Of a stretch of DNA of 45,731 bases, positions 35,311-44,272 are shown in pieces. This stretch comes from a bacterium (GTDB lineage: Archaea > Thermoplasmatota > E2 > JACPAO01 > JAHFTW01), in NCBI GenBank assembly GCA_040390065.1, contig JAZJZE010000013.1:1-45731 (forward strand), written 5' to 3'. Numbering within the stretch: the first letter of the stretch is position 1; each line of letters starts with the position of its first letter. The translations under genes were made by a program, and so were the position numbers. The notes under the pieces are model-generated. The model saw nothing but the letters and a program-made list of their open reading frames with translations. It was not told the origin of the DNA and searched no databases.

Positions 35311-36948
35311 ATGGCCTACGCAGCCGTGCTCGCTACAGCCGGCATCCTGGCCGCCTTGTTCCTCGCCTCGCCCGCTCCATCCGGGCTTGAGCTGTCCGAC
35401 ATCGTTCCAGGCATGATCTTCGTCTACGCCATGGCCTGGTGGGCGGTGGCCGCCAGCCAGGCCGCCCGCAGCCGGGCAGGATGGGAACGCACCGTCTGGT
35501 GGTGGTTCGCCGCCTCCGGCTATGCCAGCTTGGTCTTCACCGTGGCCATTGCCGGCACCGCGGCGGTGGAAGGGCCGAAGCTCGCGGCGCAGGCGGCCAC
35601 CGCCGTCCTGAGCACGAGCCTGTACGGCATGCTGCTGGCCGGTTTTGTCATCTTGAGCACGCGGCAGGCCCGCCGTGGCCAGACGGCCCGTCTGCTGCTG
35701 GATGCAGCCATCATCGCGGGCTCCCTGTTCTTCGTGCTCTGGGGCGCCGTGTACCGCGACCTCTTCGACGCCTCTGCCCTCGACGTCGTGACCCGCTTGC
35801 AGCTCGTCCTTTTTCCCGCCTTCGATTCCCTGCTGCTGGCCGTGGCAGCGCTCAACCTTATCGGGCGCGACGACCAGCGCCCCAGGGCGTACCGAATCCT
35901 CCTGGTCGGGCTCGCCCTCCTGGTGCTGACCGACCTTGCCTCCGCCCCGCTCACCCTCGCCGACCCGGACCTTGGCGGCCGCCTGTATTTGATTGGCGAC
36001 CTGTTGGCGATGATCCTCCTCATCCTCGCGGCCGTGGCCATCCGCAAAGGCCCGGCGTGGCTGCACGGCCCGCAGCGCCAGGACTCGCTCCCGTTGCGCC
36101 TGCTCCCAGTCATCCCCCTGGCCTTGGCGATGATGACGGCGGTCTGGACGGTGCTGGAGCACGGCGTCATTTCCAACGTGCAGTTCTGGCTGTCTGTCGG
36201 GATCATCGCCCTCGTCATGGTCCGGCTCGTCATCACAATCGTGCAGAACGCCACCCTGGAGCAGCGCTTGCGCGGGGCACTCGACGACCGCACGCAGCTT
36301 CTCCGTTTCGTGTCCCACGAGCTTGCCAACCCTCTTGCCCCTCTCGTCCTGCAAGCCCGCCTCCTGCGGACGGGAGGCCACGCAGATGCGGCGCCCGCTC
36401 TCGACATCGTCGACCGCAGCGTGTCGCGCCTGCGACGGCTGAGCGACGACGTGCGCGACCTTGCAAGGGCGGAGACCGGCCGGTTCCTGGGGGCGCTGCA
36501 GGACACGGACCTCGTCCCGCTGGCGCAAGCCGCGGTGCGGTCTGCCGCCGCGCCCGCCGGCGCGAAGGGGATCACGCTGCGCCTTGTGGCGCCGGAGCCC
36601 GCCCCGTGCATGGCGGACGCCGAGCGCCTCGGCCAGGTCCTGGACAACTTGCTTTCCAACGCCATCAAGTACACGCCCACCGGCGGCGACGTCGAGATCA
36701 CCGTGACCCATTCGGCAGCGGGGGCCGGGTGCGTCGTGAAGGACAACGGCATGGGCCTCGACCCCGACGATGCGGCCCAGCTGTTCGAGCCGTTCCGCCG
36801 CTTCCACCGCGAGTCTGCGCCCGGTCTCGGCCTCGGGCTCTACTTGTGCCGGGCCATCGTCGAGGCGCACGGCGGGCGAATCGAGGCCGAAAGCGCGGGG
36901 GTGGGCCAGGGCGCGGCGTTCCGTTTCACGCTCCCTGGGCCCAAGTAG
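35311..36948 (+). CDS. Multi-TM sensor histidine kinase, paralogue of 8483-10186
   Basis: SHELANPL, QVLDNLLSNAIKYT, DNGMG, GLGLGL; FPAFD motif in the TM domain. Start uncertain (35254-35311). Confidence 0.92.
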   Translation: MAYAAVLATAGILAALFLASPAPSGLELSDIVPGMIFVYAMAWWAVAASQAARSRAGWERTVWWWFAASGYASLVFTVAIAGTAAVEGPKLAAQAATAVLSTSLYGMLLAGFVILSTRQARRGQTARLLLDAAIIAGSLFFVLWGAVYRDLFDASALDVVTRLQLVLFPAFDSLLLAVAALNLIGRDDQRPRAYRILLVGLALLVLTDLASAPLTLADPDLGGRLYLIGDLLAMILLILAAVAIRKGPAWLHGPQRQDSLPLRLLPVIPLALAMMTAVWTVLEHGVISNVQFWLSVGIIALVMVRLVITIVQNATLEQRLRGALDDRTQLLRFVSHELANPLAPLVLQARLLRTGGHADAAPALDIVDRSVSRLRRLSDDVRDLARAETGRFLGALQDTDLVPLAQAAVRSAAAPAGAKGITLRLVAPEPAPCMADAERLGQVLDNLLSNAIKYTPTGGDVEITVTHSAAGAGCVVKDNGMGLDPDDAAQLFEPFRRFHRESAPGLGLGLYLCRAIVEAHGGRIEAESAGVGQGAAFRFTLPGPK

Positions 36949-36968
36949 CGGCGCCGCGCAGGGGGCTT

Positions 36969-37196
36969 TCACACCACGATGACGCGGTCGCGCCGGGCGA
37001 TGTGTGCTTGACCGTACTCGAGACCCGGCGTCAAGGCCCCCACGGGGCAGAACTGGATGCACAGGCCGCAACTGATGCAAGGATCGGAATCGACCACGAG
37101 CGTGAGTTCACGCAGGGTGATGGTGTCGACCGGGCAGACGCCGACGCAGCCCGCGCACGAGATGCAGCGGCTGTGGTTGACGTCGACCTTGGCCAC
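36969..37196 (-). CDS. 2[4Fe-4S] ferredoxin
   Basis: CISCAGCVGVCP and CISCGLCIQFCP. GTG start ~23 nt after TTTTTAT. Confidence 0.93.
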   Translation of the reverse strand: MAKVDVNHSRCISCAGCVGVCPVDTITLRELTLVVDSDPCISCGLCIQFCPVGALTPGLEYGQAHIARRDRVIVV

Positions 37197-37218
37197 GCGC
37201 GCTCCAGGGGCAGGGACC

Positions 37219-37225
37219 ATAAAAA
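37219..37225 (-). promoter_or_regulatory. Putative TATA box of the ferredoxin gene
   Basis: TTTTTAT on the minus strand at leaderless spacing from GTG 37196. Confidence 0.6.
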
Positions 37226-37259
37226 GGGGCACGCGTCGCCCGCCACGCGGTCTGTCCGC

Positions 37260-37724
37260 CTACGAGCCGCCGCCGAAGCCGACCACGATACCGCCCGGGA
37301 TGCGCACCGCCGCGACGACGACTCCCGGCATGACCTTCTTCGGCGCCTGGACCGATGTCGCGCCTGCGCGCAGGGCCTTCTCGTATGTTGCGCGCACGTT
37401 GGCGACATGCACGGTCGGCGTCACGCAAGGGGCCTCGGACGCGGCCGTCTGCCGGATGCCGCCGCCGCCCTGGTCGGAGTAGGTGAACAAGTGGTATTCG
37501 CCGGTCGGCAGCGGCAGGGAGGGCTTGAAGGTCCAGCCGAGCACGCCTTCGCACCAGCGCTTGGTCGCAGCGGGGTCTGCGCTTGCAAGCTCCGTGTGCG
37601 TGATCGATCCGTAGAGTCCGTCCGTCGCGGCGTGCCGGCGTCCCGCCGCCTTGCGTGCCTTTACGACTGTCTTCTTCGCCCTTGCAGGTTTGCGCGCGAC
37701 CCGCTTCCTCGTCTTGCTGGCCAT
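37260..37724 (-). CDS. VOC/glyoxalase-family protein with basic N-terminal tail
   Basis: ITHTELASADP, VLGWTF, GGGI, AGAT.VQAP, IPGGIVVGF. Confidence 0.85.
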   Translation of the reverse strand: MASKTRKRVARKPARAKKTVVKARKAAGRRHAATDGLYGSITHTELASADPAATKRWCEGVLGWTFKPSLPLPTGEYHLFTYSDQGGGGIRQTAASEAPCVTPTVHVANVRATYEKALRAGATSVQAPKKVMPGVVVAAVRIPGGIVVGFGGGS

Positions 37725-37904
37725 GGGCTAGCGGCAAGGGGGACGGCTGCATCAACCTTCGGCCGTCGCCCCGAAGCGGCCATATACCGCCCCGGAGTCG
37801 CGCGCATCGGCCACGGTGCATCTGCGCCGCGGCCCGAGTCACGGGTCACCCCGGAAGGCCAAGCCTCGGCGATGACGGCCTTCTGCAGCGCCCGTGACGC
37901 GATT

Positions 37905-37977
37905 GGGGCCATGGGGTAGCTTGGTATCCTTGCTGCTTGGGGTGCAGTAGACTTGCGTTCAAATCGCAATGGCCCCA
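37905..37977 (+). tRNA. tRNA-Pro (GGG)
   Basis: Acceptor GGGGCCA/TGGCCCC + A73. Anticodon arm GCTGC-TTGGGGT-GCAGT. T arm TTGCG-TTCAAAT-CGCAA. CCA not encoded. Confidence 0.95.
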
Positions 37978-38200
37978 CTGCGTCGTCGTCCGGACTGGTT
38001 CGGACCTCATTCACCTCCATATAGTTCGCGCACGACGGCGCCACAGCTTCTATCTACGGGGTCGCAACAAAGCGCAAAGTCCGGTGGCATCCACGAACGC
38101 CCATCCGGCCAGTCCGCACGCTGCTGCCCACGACCGACTTCTCGTCCTTCGCACGGTCCTCGACGACGTGCCCCATCGTGCCCCCGCCAGCCCGCGGGCC

Positions 38201-38605
38201 ATGCCAGCCAATGCCATTGCTTCGTCTCCGTCCACGACCGTCTGGGCCGTGCCACGCCCACAGATGCCTGCCCTTGGACGTGCCCAATGGACAGGCCTCG
38301 CCTGCTTTGCCCTGGCCCTTGGCTGCCTGTGGTACCTGGACATGCTGACGACGGCCTGGGCGCTGCGGCATGGCGGCGTCGAGGGCGGCCCGGTGGCCAA
38401 GTTCCTGCTCAGCCACGACATGCTGCCTCTGCTGGCGGCGAAAGTGGTCGGGCTGGCACTCATCGTGCTCCTTGCCGCCATGCAGATTGCCCGGCGCCGC
38501 GAAACCATGGCCCGGTGGAGCCTTGGGGCCGTTGGCGCCATCTCGCTGGGCGTCGTTGAGTGGAACCTCCTTGGCATCCTCGCCTTGGCCGGCGTCATCG
38601 GCTGA
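38201..38605 (+). CDS. DUF5658-like small membrane protein
   Basis: LDMLTTAWALRHGGVEGGPV...AKVVG...WNL pattern, three TM. Start uncertain. Confidence 0.65.
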   Translation: MPANAIASSPSTTVWAVPRPQMPALGRAQWTGLACFALALGCLWYLDMLTTAWALRHGGVEGGPVAKFLLSHDMLPLLAAKVVGLALIVLLAAMQIARRRETMARWSLGAVGAISLGVVEWNLLGILALAGVIG

Positions 38606-38653
38606 TGGCCCCGACCGCCTGGTTTTTGCAGGAGTTTGTGCCCATTCTGTCTG

Positions 38654-38920
38654 ATGGACCAGAAACCGCTTGGAAAAGTCGAACATTACTATCCGAAGGC
38701 GCATGCCGCGGTGGTCCGCGTGGAACACGGTTCCCTTTGCGTCGGCGACCAGATTCACATCGCAGGCGCGGGTGACGACTTCTGGGAAGAGGTCACAAGC
38801 CTTGAGATGGACCACAAGCCAGTGCAGAAGGCCCATACTGGCGAGGCGGTGGGCCTGTTGGTGGAGCACCGGGTGCATGAGGGGGCCGAGGTCTTCAAGC
38901 TGGACGCTCTAGAGGGCTAG
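38654..38920 (+). CDS. Small beta-barrel protein (EF-Tu domain 2 / U32 C-terminal-like)
   Basis: GKVEHYYPK..AAVV, L.VGD.IHI.G, V.SLEMDHKPVQKA..GEAVGL, V.EG.EVFK. Confidence 0.8.
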   Translation: MDQKPLGKVEHYYPKAHAAVVRVEHGSLCVGDQIHIAGAGDDFWEEVTSLEMDHKPVQKAHTGEAVGLLVEHRVHEGAEVFKLDALEG

Positions 38921-39017
38921 CGGCCACAGGTGAGCGTTTGGGGCCGGCGGGGCCTGCGCTGTCGTGATTGCCGCGACCCGGCTGGTCCAAGAAGGAGGAC
39001 GGGGCGTACCACCCTTC

Positions 39018-39296
39018 ATGCTCGAAGCCTACACGCCGCGCGTGGAACGCAGCCCCTGGGGAATCCTCTGCCTCATCCTGAACATCCTGCCCCTGCCCGG
39101 CCTCGGCACCATCATCGCCGGCGTGCGCGACGGGCGGCATGTCGGCCGCGATGTCGTGATCGGGGTCGTCCAACTCCTCTTGACCATCGCCATCCTCGGC
39201 TTCATCTGGTCCGTCGTGTGGGGCGTCGCCATCTTCGTGAACTCGGCCCCCATGGGATCCGGCCAGCGCGCCCGGCAGGGACCCCGCGCCGCGTAA
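39018..39296 (+). CDS. Small membrane protein, SPEC3/Stum-like
   Basis: ILCLILNILPLPGLGTIIAG...GVVQLLL...GFIWSVVWG. Confidence 0.7.
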   Translation: MLEAYTPRVERSPWGILCLILNILPLPGLGTIIAGVRDGRHVGRDVVIGVVQLLLTIAILGFIWSVVWGVAIFVNSAPMGSGQRARQGPRAA

Positions 39297-39358
39297 GCGC
39301 GCCGAATGCTTCACCGGCCAAGCAGGTTGACTGAACGGCGCTTCGCCGCGTCTTACGT

Positions 39359-40648
39359 CTAGACTGTCAACGGAATCTGCTTCGGCACCTTGATGCCGTT
39401 CTTCTTGGCGATGTCCCAGAACACTTCCGGGCTGACGCCCTTGTTGTTGCGGTCCCACTCACGGTAGGCCGCGATGAAGTCGCGCACGTACTCCTTCGTG
39501 TGCGCCTCCGTGAAGACCTTGATGTCGTTGGCGATGGCGACGAGTTGCTCTTTGGTGGCCGCGAGTCCTGCTTCCTGCAGGCGTGCCTCCACGGCGCGGG
39601 TCCCCGTGTGCTTGCCGAAGACGAAGCGCCGGCGCCGGTTCAGTTCCTCGACTTGCATCGGCTCGTACGTGAGGGTGTTCTTGATGACGCCGTCGGTGTG
39701 GATGCCGGATTCGTGCGTGAAGGCATTGTAGCCGACAATCGCCTTGTTGAACGCGACGGGCACGCCGGAGACCTCCTCGACGCGGCGACTCAGGGCGTAG
39801 AGGGCGCGCTTGTCGATGTGCGTGTCGACGTGGTACAGTTCCTCGAGGGCCATGACGACCTCCTCGAAGCTGGCGTTGCCGGCCCGTTCACCAATGCCGT
39901 TGACGGTCGTGTTCGCGCAGACGATGCCGTGCTCGAGGGCCGTGAGGGTGTTCGCGGCCGCCATGCCGAAGTCGTTGTGCACGTGCACGCCGAATTCGCA
40001 TTTGGGGCGATTGACGCGCTTCACCATCTCGTCCAGCCACCAGCCGAACGTCGACGGCGTCATGACGCCCACCGTGTCGCAGAACAACACCCGCTTGGCG
40101 CCGGCATCGATGGCGGCCTGGTAGATGCGCGTCACGAAGTCCATGTCGGCGCGCACCGTGTCCTCGGTGACGAAAGTAACTTTCAGGCCGTGGTCCCGAG
40201 CGTACTGCACGGAGTCCACGGCCTTCTCGATGGCCTGTTCGTACGTCAGGTTGAGTTTGTGCTTGAGGTGCACTTCGCTTGCCGCGATGAAGGCCGCGAT
40301 CTCCGGCGCGTCGGACTGGATGACCGCGTCGATGTCGCTGCGCACCGTGCGCGCGGCACCAAGGATGGATGCGTCGAGGCCTTCGTTGGCGATGGCCTTG
40401 ACCGCGCGCAACTCGTTCGGGCTGATGGCGGGGATGCCGACGTTCATGACGTCGACGCCGCAGGCCGAGATGAGGCGGGCCAATTCGAGCTTCTCCGCGG
40501 CCGTGTAATACACGCCGGGGGTCTGCTCGCCATCGCGCAGCGTCTCGTCCCACCAGACGATGCGCTTTGGCCAATGGCGTGGCGGCGAGCCCTTCACGTG
40601 GAAATTCTCAACAAGGACCTTGTCGGACCCGTTGCCCGCCATAGCCAT
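39359..40648 (-). CDS. DRE-TIM acyltransferase of the homocitrate/isopropylmalate/citramalate synthase family, without allosteric domain
   Basis: DETLRDGEQTPG, CDTVG, HVHNDFG, NGIGERAGNA, HESGIH, GKHTG. Confidence 0.92.
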   Translation of the reverse strand: MAMAGNGSDKVLVENFHVKGSPPRHWPKRIVWWDETLRDGEQTPGVYYTAAEKLELARLISACGVDVMNVGIPAISPNELRAVKAIANEGLDASILGAARTVRSDIDAVIQSDAPEIAAFIAASEVHLKHKLNLTYEQAIEKAVDSVQYARDHGLKVTFVTEDTVRADMDFVTRIYQAAIDAGAKRVLFCDTVGVMTPSTFGWWLDEMVKRVNRPKCEFGVHVHNDFGMAAANTLTALEHGIVCANTTVNGIGERAGNASFEEVVMALEELYHVDTHIDKRALYALSRRVEEVSGVPVAFNKAIVGYNAFTHESGIHTDGVIKNTLTYEPMQVEELNRRRRFVFGKHTGTRAVEARLQEAGLAATKEQLVAIANDIKVFTEAHTKEYVRDFIAAYREWDRNNKGVSPEVFWDIAKKNGIKVPKQIPLTV

Positions 40649-40706
40649 GTCTACGATGGCCCGACTCTAAAGGATTGGGTCGCGGGGGGCCTGCCATACC
40701 GCTGGG

Positions 40707-41393
40707 CTACGGGCTGAACTTGATGCCGTAGCGCCACGCCCCTTGCGTCCGGAAGAGGCGGCGCAGGACGGGCGTGGCGGCCTGTCCGGTCTGCGGCGGC
40801 GCGGCGTCGGTCCAGAGACCCACGGTGCGCGCTCGATCCGCGAGGCCCACGAGCACGACGTGGTAGGCGCCGACGGCGTCCTGCAGCCGCGTGAATTCGG
40901 TGGGGGCAGCGCCGGCCGACACGGTGGTCCACGTCATGACCTTGCCCTGGCCGAGGCGCATGCGCTGTGCCAGCACGTCATCGTGCCGCGGGCCGGCGAC
41001 GAAGGCGCCCAACGGGAAGTCGGCCTCCGTGTCTGGACCTTCGCGGGCGACGCGGACCTTCTGCCATGCCATCTCCAGGATGGTCGGCGCCGATGCGTGG
41101 ACGGCCTTCGCCAAGTCTTCCACGTCGGGGGCGGCCCCGTCATGGATGCACACCAATGGGCCCGCGGTCGTCGCAATCGCCCGGATGGCCAGGTTTGCCT
41201 TGTCGTCGCGCACCAACCCGGTGCCTTTCCACCACCAGGCCGGCAGGACGAGGTCGGGAGCGCCCAGTGGCGTCCCGCGTAAGACGTTGGCCTTGCGCAC
41301 GGCGTCCCAGGCGAGCGTCACCTCGTCCTCGTCGAGGGAGTAGGCCATCTTCTGGCCGCGCTTGAGCTTCGGCATGGCAACGACCCGCGTCAT
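40707..41393 (-). CDS. DUF35-type OB-fold protein with degenerate HMG-CoA-synthase-like N-terminus
   Basis: DEDEVTLAWDA; GKVMTWTTV..GAAPTEF; PVLRRLF...RYGIKF. ATGA overlap with the thiolase. Confidence 0.7.
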   Translation of the reverse strand: MTRVVAMPKLKRGQKMAYSLDEDEVTLAWDAVRKANVLRGTPLGAPDLVLPAWWWKGTGLVRDDKANLAIRAIATTAGPLVCIHDGAAPDVEDLAKAVHASAPTILEMAWQKVRVAREGPDTEADFPLGAFVAGPRHDDVLAQRMRLGQGKVMTWTTVSAGAAPTEFTRLQDAVGAYHVVLVGLADRARTVGLWTDAAPPQTGQAATPVLRRLFRTQGAWRYGIKFSP

Positions 41394-42556
41394 GCGCCAC
41401 GCTCCCAGACGTGCACCGCGCACGTCGCGCCGGAGCCGCCGACGTTGTGTGTGAGGGCAAGACTTGCGCCCTCGACCTGGCGGGCGCCGGCGAGTCCCCG
41501 CAGTTGTTCGAACACCTCAACGGCCTGTCCCGCCCCGGTCGCGCCCAACGGGTGCCCCTTTGCCTTGAGGCCGCCGGACGGGTTCACGATGACATCGCCG
41601 CCGCGATCAGTCTGCCCTGCGGCCGATGCCGGGCCGCCCTGGCCTTTCTTCACGAAGGCCAAATCCTCGATGGCGAGGATCTCGGCGATGGTGAAGCAGT
41701 CGTGCACCTCGGCGAAGTCGACGTCCTTGACCGTGCGGCCGGTGCCCCGCATGGCCTGTTCGGCGGCGCGTGTCGTTGCGGGGATGGCCGTGAGCGTCTT
41801 GCGGTCGTGCAGCGCCAGCGTGTCGGTGGCGGCGCCCGAGCCCGTGAGCCAGATGGGCTTGTCCGTGAACTCGGCGACGCGGTCCTCCGCCACGAGGAAC
41901 AAGGCGGCGGCGCCGTCGGTGACGCTGCAGCAGTCGAAGAGGCCGAGCGGGTCCGCGACCATGGGTGCCGCGAGCGCTTTCTCGAGGGTCGTCTCCTTCT
42001 GGAATTGCGCGTGCGGATTGGCAGCGCCATTGCGGTGGTTCTTGACGGCGACGGCAGCAAGCTGCTCGCGGGTCGTGCCGAACTCCTGCATGTGGGCCCG
42101 GGCCATCATGGCGTAGACGCCGGGGAAGGTCAGGCCGGACGCGCGTTCGACCTCGGTGTCGCCGGAGACGCCGAGCCAGTAGCCGCGGTGGGCGCGGTTG
42201 TACGGGTTCATCGACTCGACGCCGGCTGCGAGGGCCACGTCCACGGCGCCGCTGCGGATTGCGAGCCAGGCGTCGCGGATGGCGAAGCCCGACGACGCGC
42301 AAGCATTCTCGACGCGGTGCGACGGCGCGCCTTGGTGCGGCGTCCCTTGCAGGAACAGGGCGGCGGAGTTTCCGGGCTGGTGGCCGCCGAAGCCGACCGT
42401 GCCGATCCAGGCCTCGTCGACGGCCTTCTTCCAAGGCTTGTCGATGCGGCCCACGGCCTCCGCGAGCGCCTCGTCGAACAGCGCTTTGGGCGTCATCTCC
42501 GGGCGGTTGCCGAACTTGGCCATGCCGGCGGCGACGAGGGCGACCTTGCGGGCCAC
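41390..42556 (-). CDS. Acetyl-CoA C-acetyltransferase (archaeal SCP-x-type thiolase)
   Basis: RVENACASS, AVKNH, DGAAA, EVHDCF, GHPLGATG, HNVGG. Confidence 0.95.
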   Translation of the reverse strand: MARKVALVAAGMAKFGNRPEMTPKALFDEALAEAVGRIDKPWKKAVDEAWIGTVGFGGHQPGNSAALFLQGTPHQGAPSHRVENACASSGFAIRDAWLAIRSGAVDVALAAGVESMNPYNRAHRGYWLGVSGDTEVERASGLTFPGVYAMMARAHMQEFGTTREQLAAVAVKNHRNGAANPHAQFQKETTLEKALAAPMVADPLGLFDCCSVTDGAAALFLVAEDRVAEFTDKPIWLTGSGAATDTLALHDRKTLTAIPATTRAAEQAMRGTGRTVKDVDFAEVHDCFTIAEILAIEDLAFVKKGQGGPASAAGQTDRGGDVIVNPSGGLKAKGHPLGATGAGQAVEVFEQLRGLAGARQVEGASLALTHNVGGSGATCAVHVWERGA

Positions 42557-42604
42557 GCCGCGGGCTACGAGGGGCTGCGCCAAAAGGGTGCCGCGCGCCC
42601 GAGC

Positions 42605-43069
42605 CTATACGGCGCTCATGAAGCCGACGTCGTCATCCAGGATGGAGCCGGCGGGCGAACCGTTGGCAAGGACATGGGCGACCGCGGTGATGCCGGACGG
42701 CTGCTGGCCGCAGGTTGCGTTTCCCAACTGGGCCGGCGCCACGATGGCGTAGTCCTGGTAGGACGGGTTCACCGTGTCGCGTCCAGTTTCCAGGTTCTGT
42801 GTCGCCTGCCAGCCGGGGCCGCGGATCGTCAGCGTGTCGGCGCGGATGCCTGCAGGGAATGGCCTGCTCGGTTCGCTGGGGTGGAGGCGCATGTCGCCCA
42901 TCCACTGGTGACCGCTTGGCGGGCTGGCCGGGATGCTTGGCATGCAATCGATCCAGAACTCGACCTGGAGCGTGAGCGTGGTCCCCGCCACCTGCAACTG
43001 CGTGCTTGGCGGTGTCGCCGAGCATCCGGCGACGACGATGGCGGCCAGCAGCATGCCGAGGAGTCGCAT
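42605..43069 (-). CDS. Hypothetical lipoprotein
   Basis: MRLLGMLLAAIVVAG-C lipobox; WIDCMP motif. Confidence 0.65.
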   Translation of the reverse strand: MRLLGMLLAAIVVAGCSATPPSTQLQVAGTTLTLQVEFWIDCMPSIPASPPSGHQWMGDMRLHPSEPSRPFPAGIRADTLTIRGPGWQATQNLETGRDTVNPSYQDYAIVAPAQLGNATCGQQPSGITAVAHVLANGSPAGSILDDDVGFMSAV

Positions 43070-43130
43070 GCCATGCCATCGGGGCTGCGGGGCTTGAAGG
43101 TTGCCGAATCGTTGGGCAAACGGCGACGGG

Positions 43131-44219
43131 CTAGGCCACGCCGCCGGGGGCGTAGCCGCAGTTGTTGCAGAACCGCGCGCCTTTGGGGTTGGGGGCTTGG
43201 CAGCGCGGGCACAGTGCCTTGCCGGCGGGGACCTTGACGGGAGCAACCGGCGCGGGGGGCGTCGTTGTCCAAGGGGCGGGCGCCGCGTCCGTCCATCCCT
43301 GCGCGTACGGGTTCGCCGGGATCATCGGGCGGATGTACGTGATGAGGGCGAGGACCACGGCGCCGATGATGGCGAGGGCGGCCAGGAGAGACAGGATCGC
43401 GGCGATGCCGGCGAACACGGTTCCCGTCGCGGCCATGAACTCCTGGTTCGTCGTCGTGAACGGGTGTTGGCCCATGGCCGAGAAGAAGCCGACGAGGTCG
43501 CCGATGGCGAAGAGGGCTGCGGCACCGCACGCGATGATGGGGCCGACGCCACCCAGCCGGGGCGCCAAGGTGTGGTGGACGGCCAGCGCGACGCCGGCCA
43601 CGATGAGGGCAAGGCCGGCGAGGACGACCTGGCTGCTGTCGGTGCCGACGAGGCCGGTGGCGGCGGAGCCGTTGATGCCGTTGCCGACGAGGAGCAGGAG
43701 GCCAGCGACGCCGATCAGGACGCCCGTCGTGATGCCCATGTCACGGCCTGCCTTGGCGCTCACGACGAAGGCAGCGATGCCGGCGGCTCCGGCGAGGAGG
43801 AACGTGATGCCGGCGCCCATGATGCCGTTGCTGGTCGCGCCCTCGGCGGCATCGACGATGAAGGCGAGGGCGAAGATGGCGACGAAGATGGCGTAGCCGA
43901 GTCCGGCCATGCGCGTCGCGGCCGAAGCGCCCGGCGTGCGGAAGGCCCGACCCGCCAAGGCGGTCGCGATGCCGGCGGCGGCAAGCGCCAAGCCGGCGAT
44001 GAGCATCATGACCCAGAAGGTGACGACGCGTGTCTTGAATGACTCCCCCAATGTGTCGGTCCTGTTGGCCAGGTAGTCGGCGTAGCGGAACAGCATGGCC
44101 AAGCCCAGCAGCCCGAAGACCGCGCCTTGCAGGTACCACGCGATGGAACCAGTGCGGCGCAAGCCGTCGGCGAGGGAGGCGTTCTGTTGCTCTTTGGAGG
44201 TCGTCCTGGCCTGCTCCAT
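43131..44219 (-). CDS. About eight-TM membrane protein + Pro-rich linker + C-terminal Zn ribbon
   Basis: Gly/Ala-rich helices; CPRCQAPNPKGARFCNNCG. CTTAAA ~22 nt upstream. Confidence 0.8.
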   Translation of the reverse strand: MEQARTTSKEQQNASLADGLRRTGSIAWYLQGAVFGLLGLAMLFRYADYLANRTDTLGESFKTRVVTFWVMMLIAGLALAAAGIATALAGRAFRTPGASAATRMAGLGYAIFVAIFALAFIVDAAEGATSNGIMGAGITFLLAGAAGIAAFVVSAKAGRDMGITTGVLIGVAGLLLLVGNGINGSAATGLVGTDSSQVVLAGLALIVAGVALAVHHTLAPRLGGVGPIIACGAAALFAIGDLVGFFSAMGQHPFTTTNQEFMAATGTVFAGIAAILSLLAALAIIGAVVLALITYIRPMIPANPYAQGWTDAAPAPWTTTPPAPVAPVKVPAGKALCPRCQAPNPKGARFCNNCGYAPGGVA

Positions 44220-44272
44220 GACGCGCGATGCGGGTGCGCGTTTAAGGCCGCTGCGGCGGGGCCGCCGATCGC

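Noticed and set aside
38008-38018. Perfect GGAGGTGA on the minus strand next to an ATG, downstream of tRNA-Pro
   Set aside because: The SD overlaps the ATG and the ORF would run antisense through the tRNA; no supporting coding signal.
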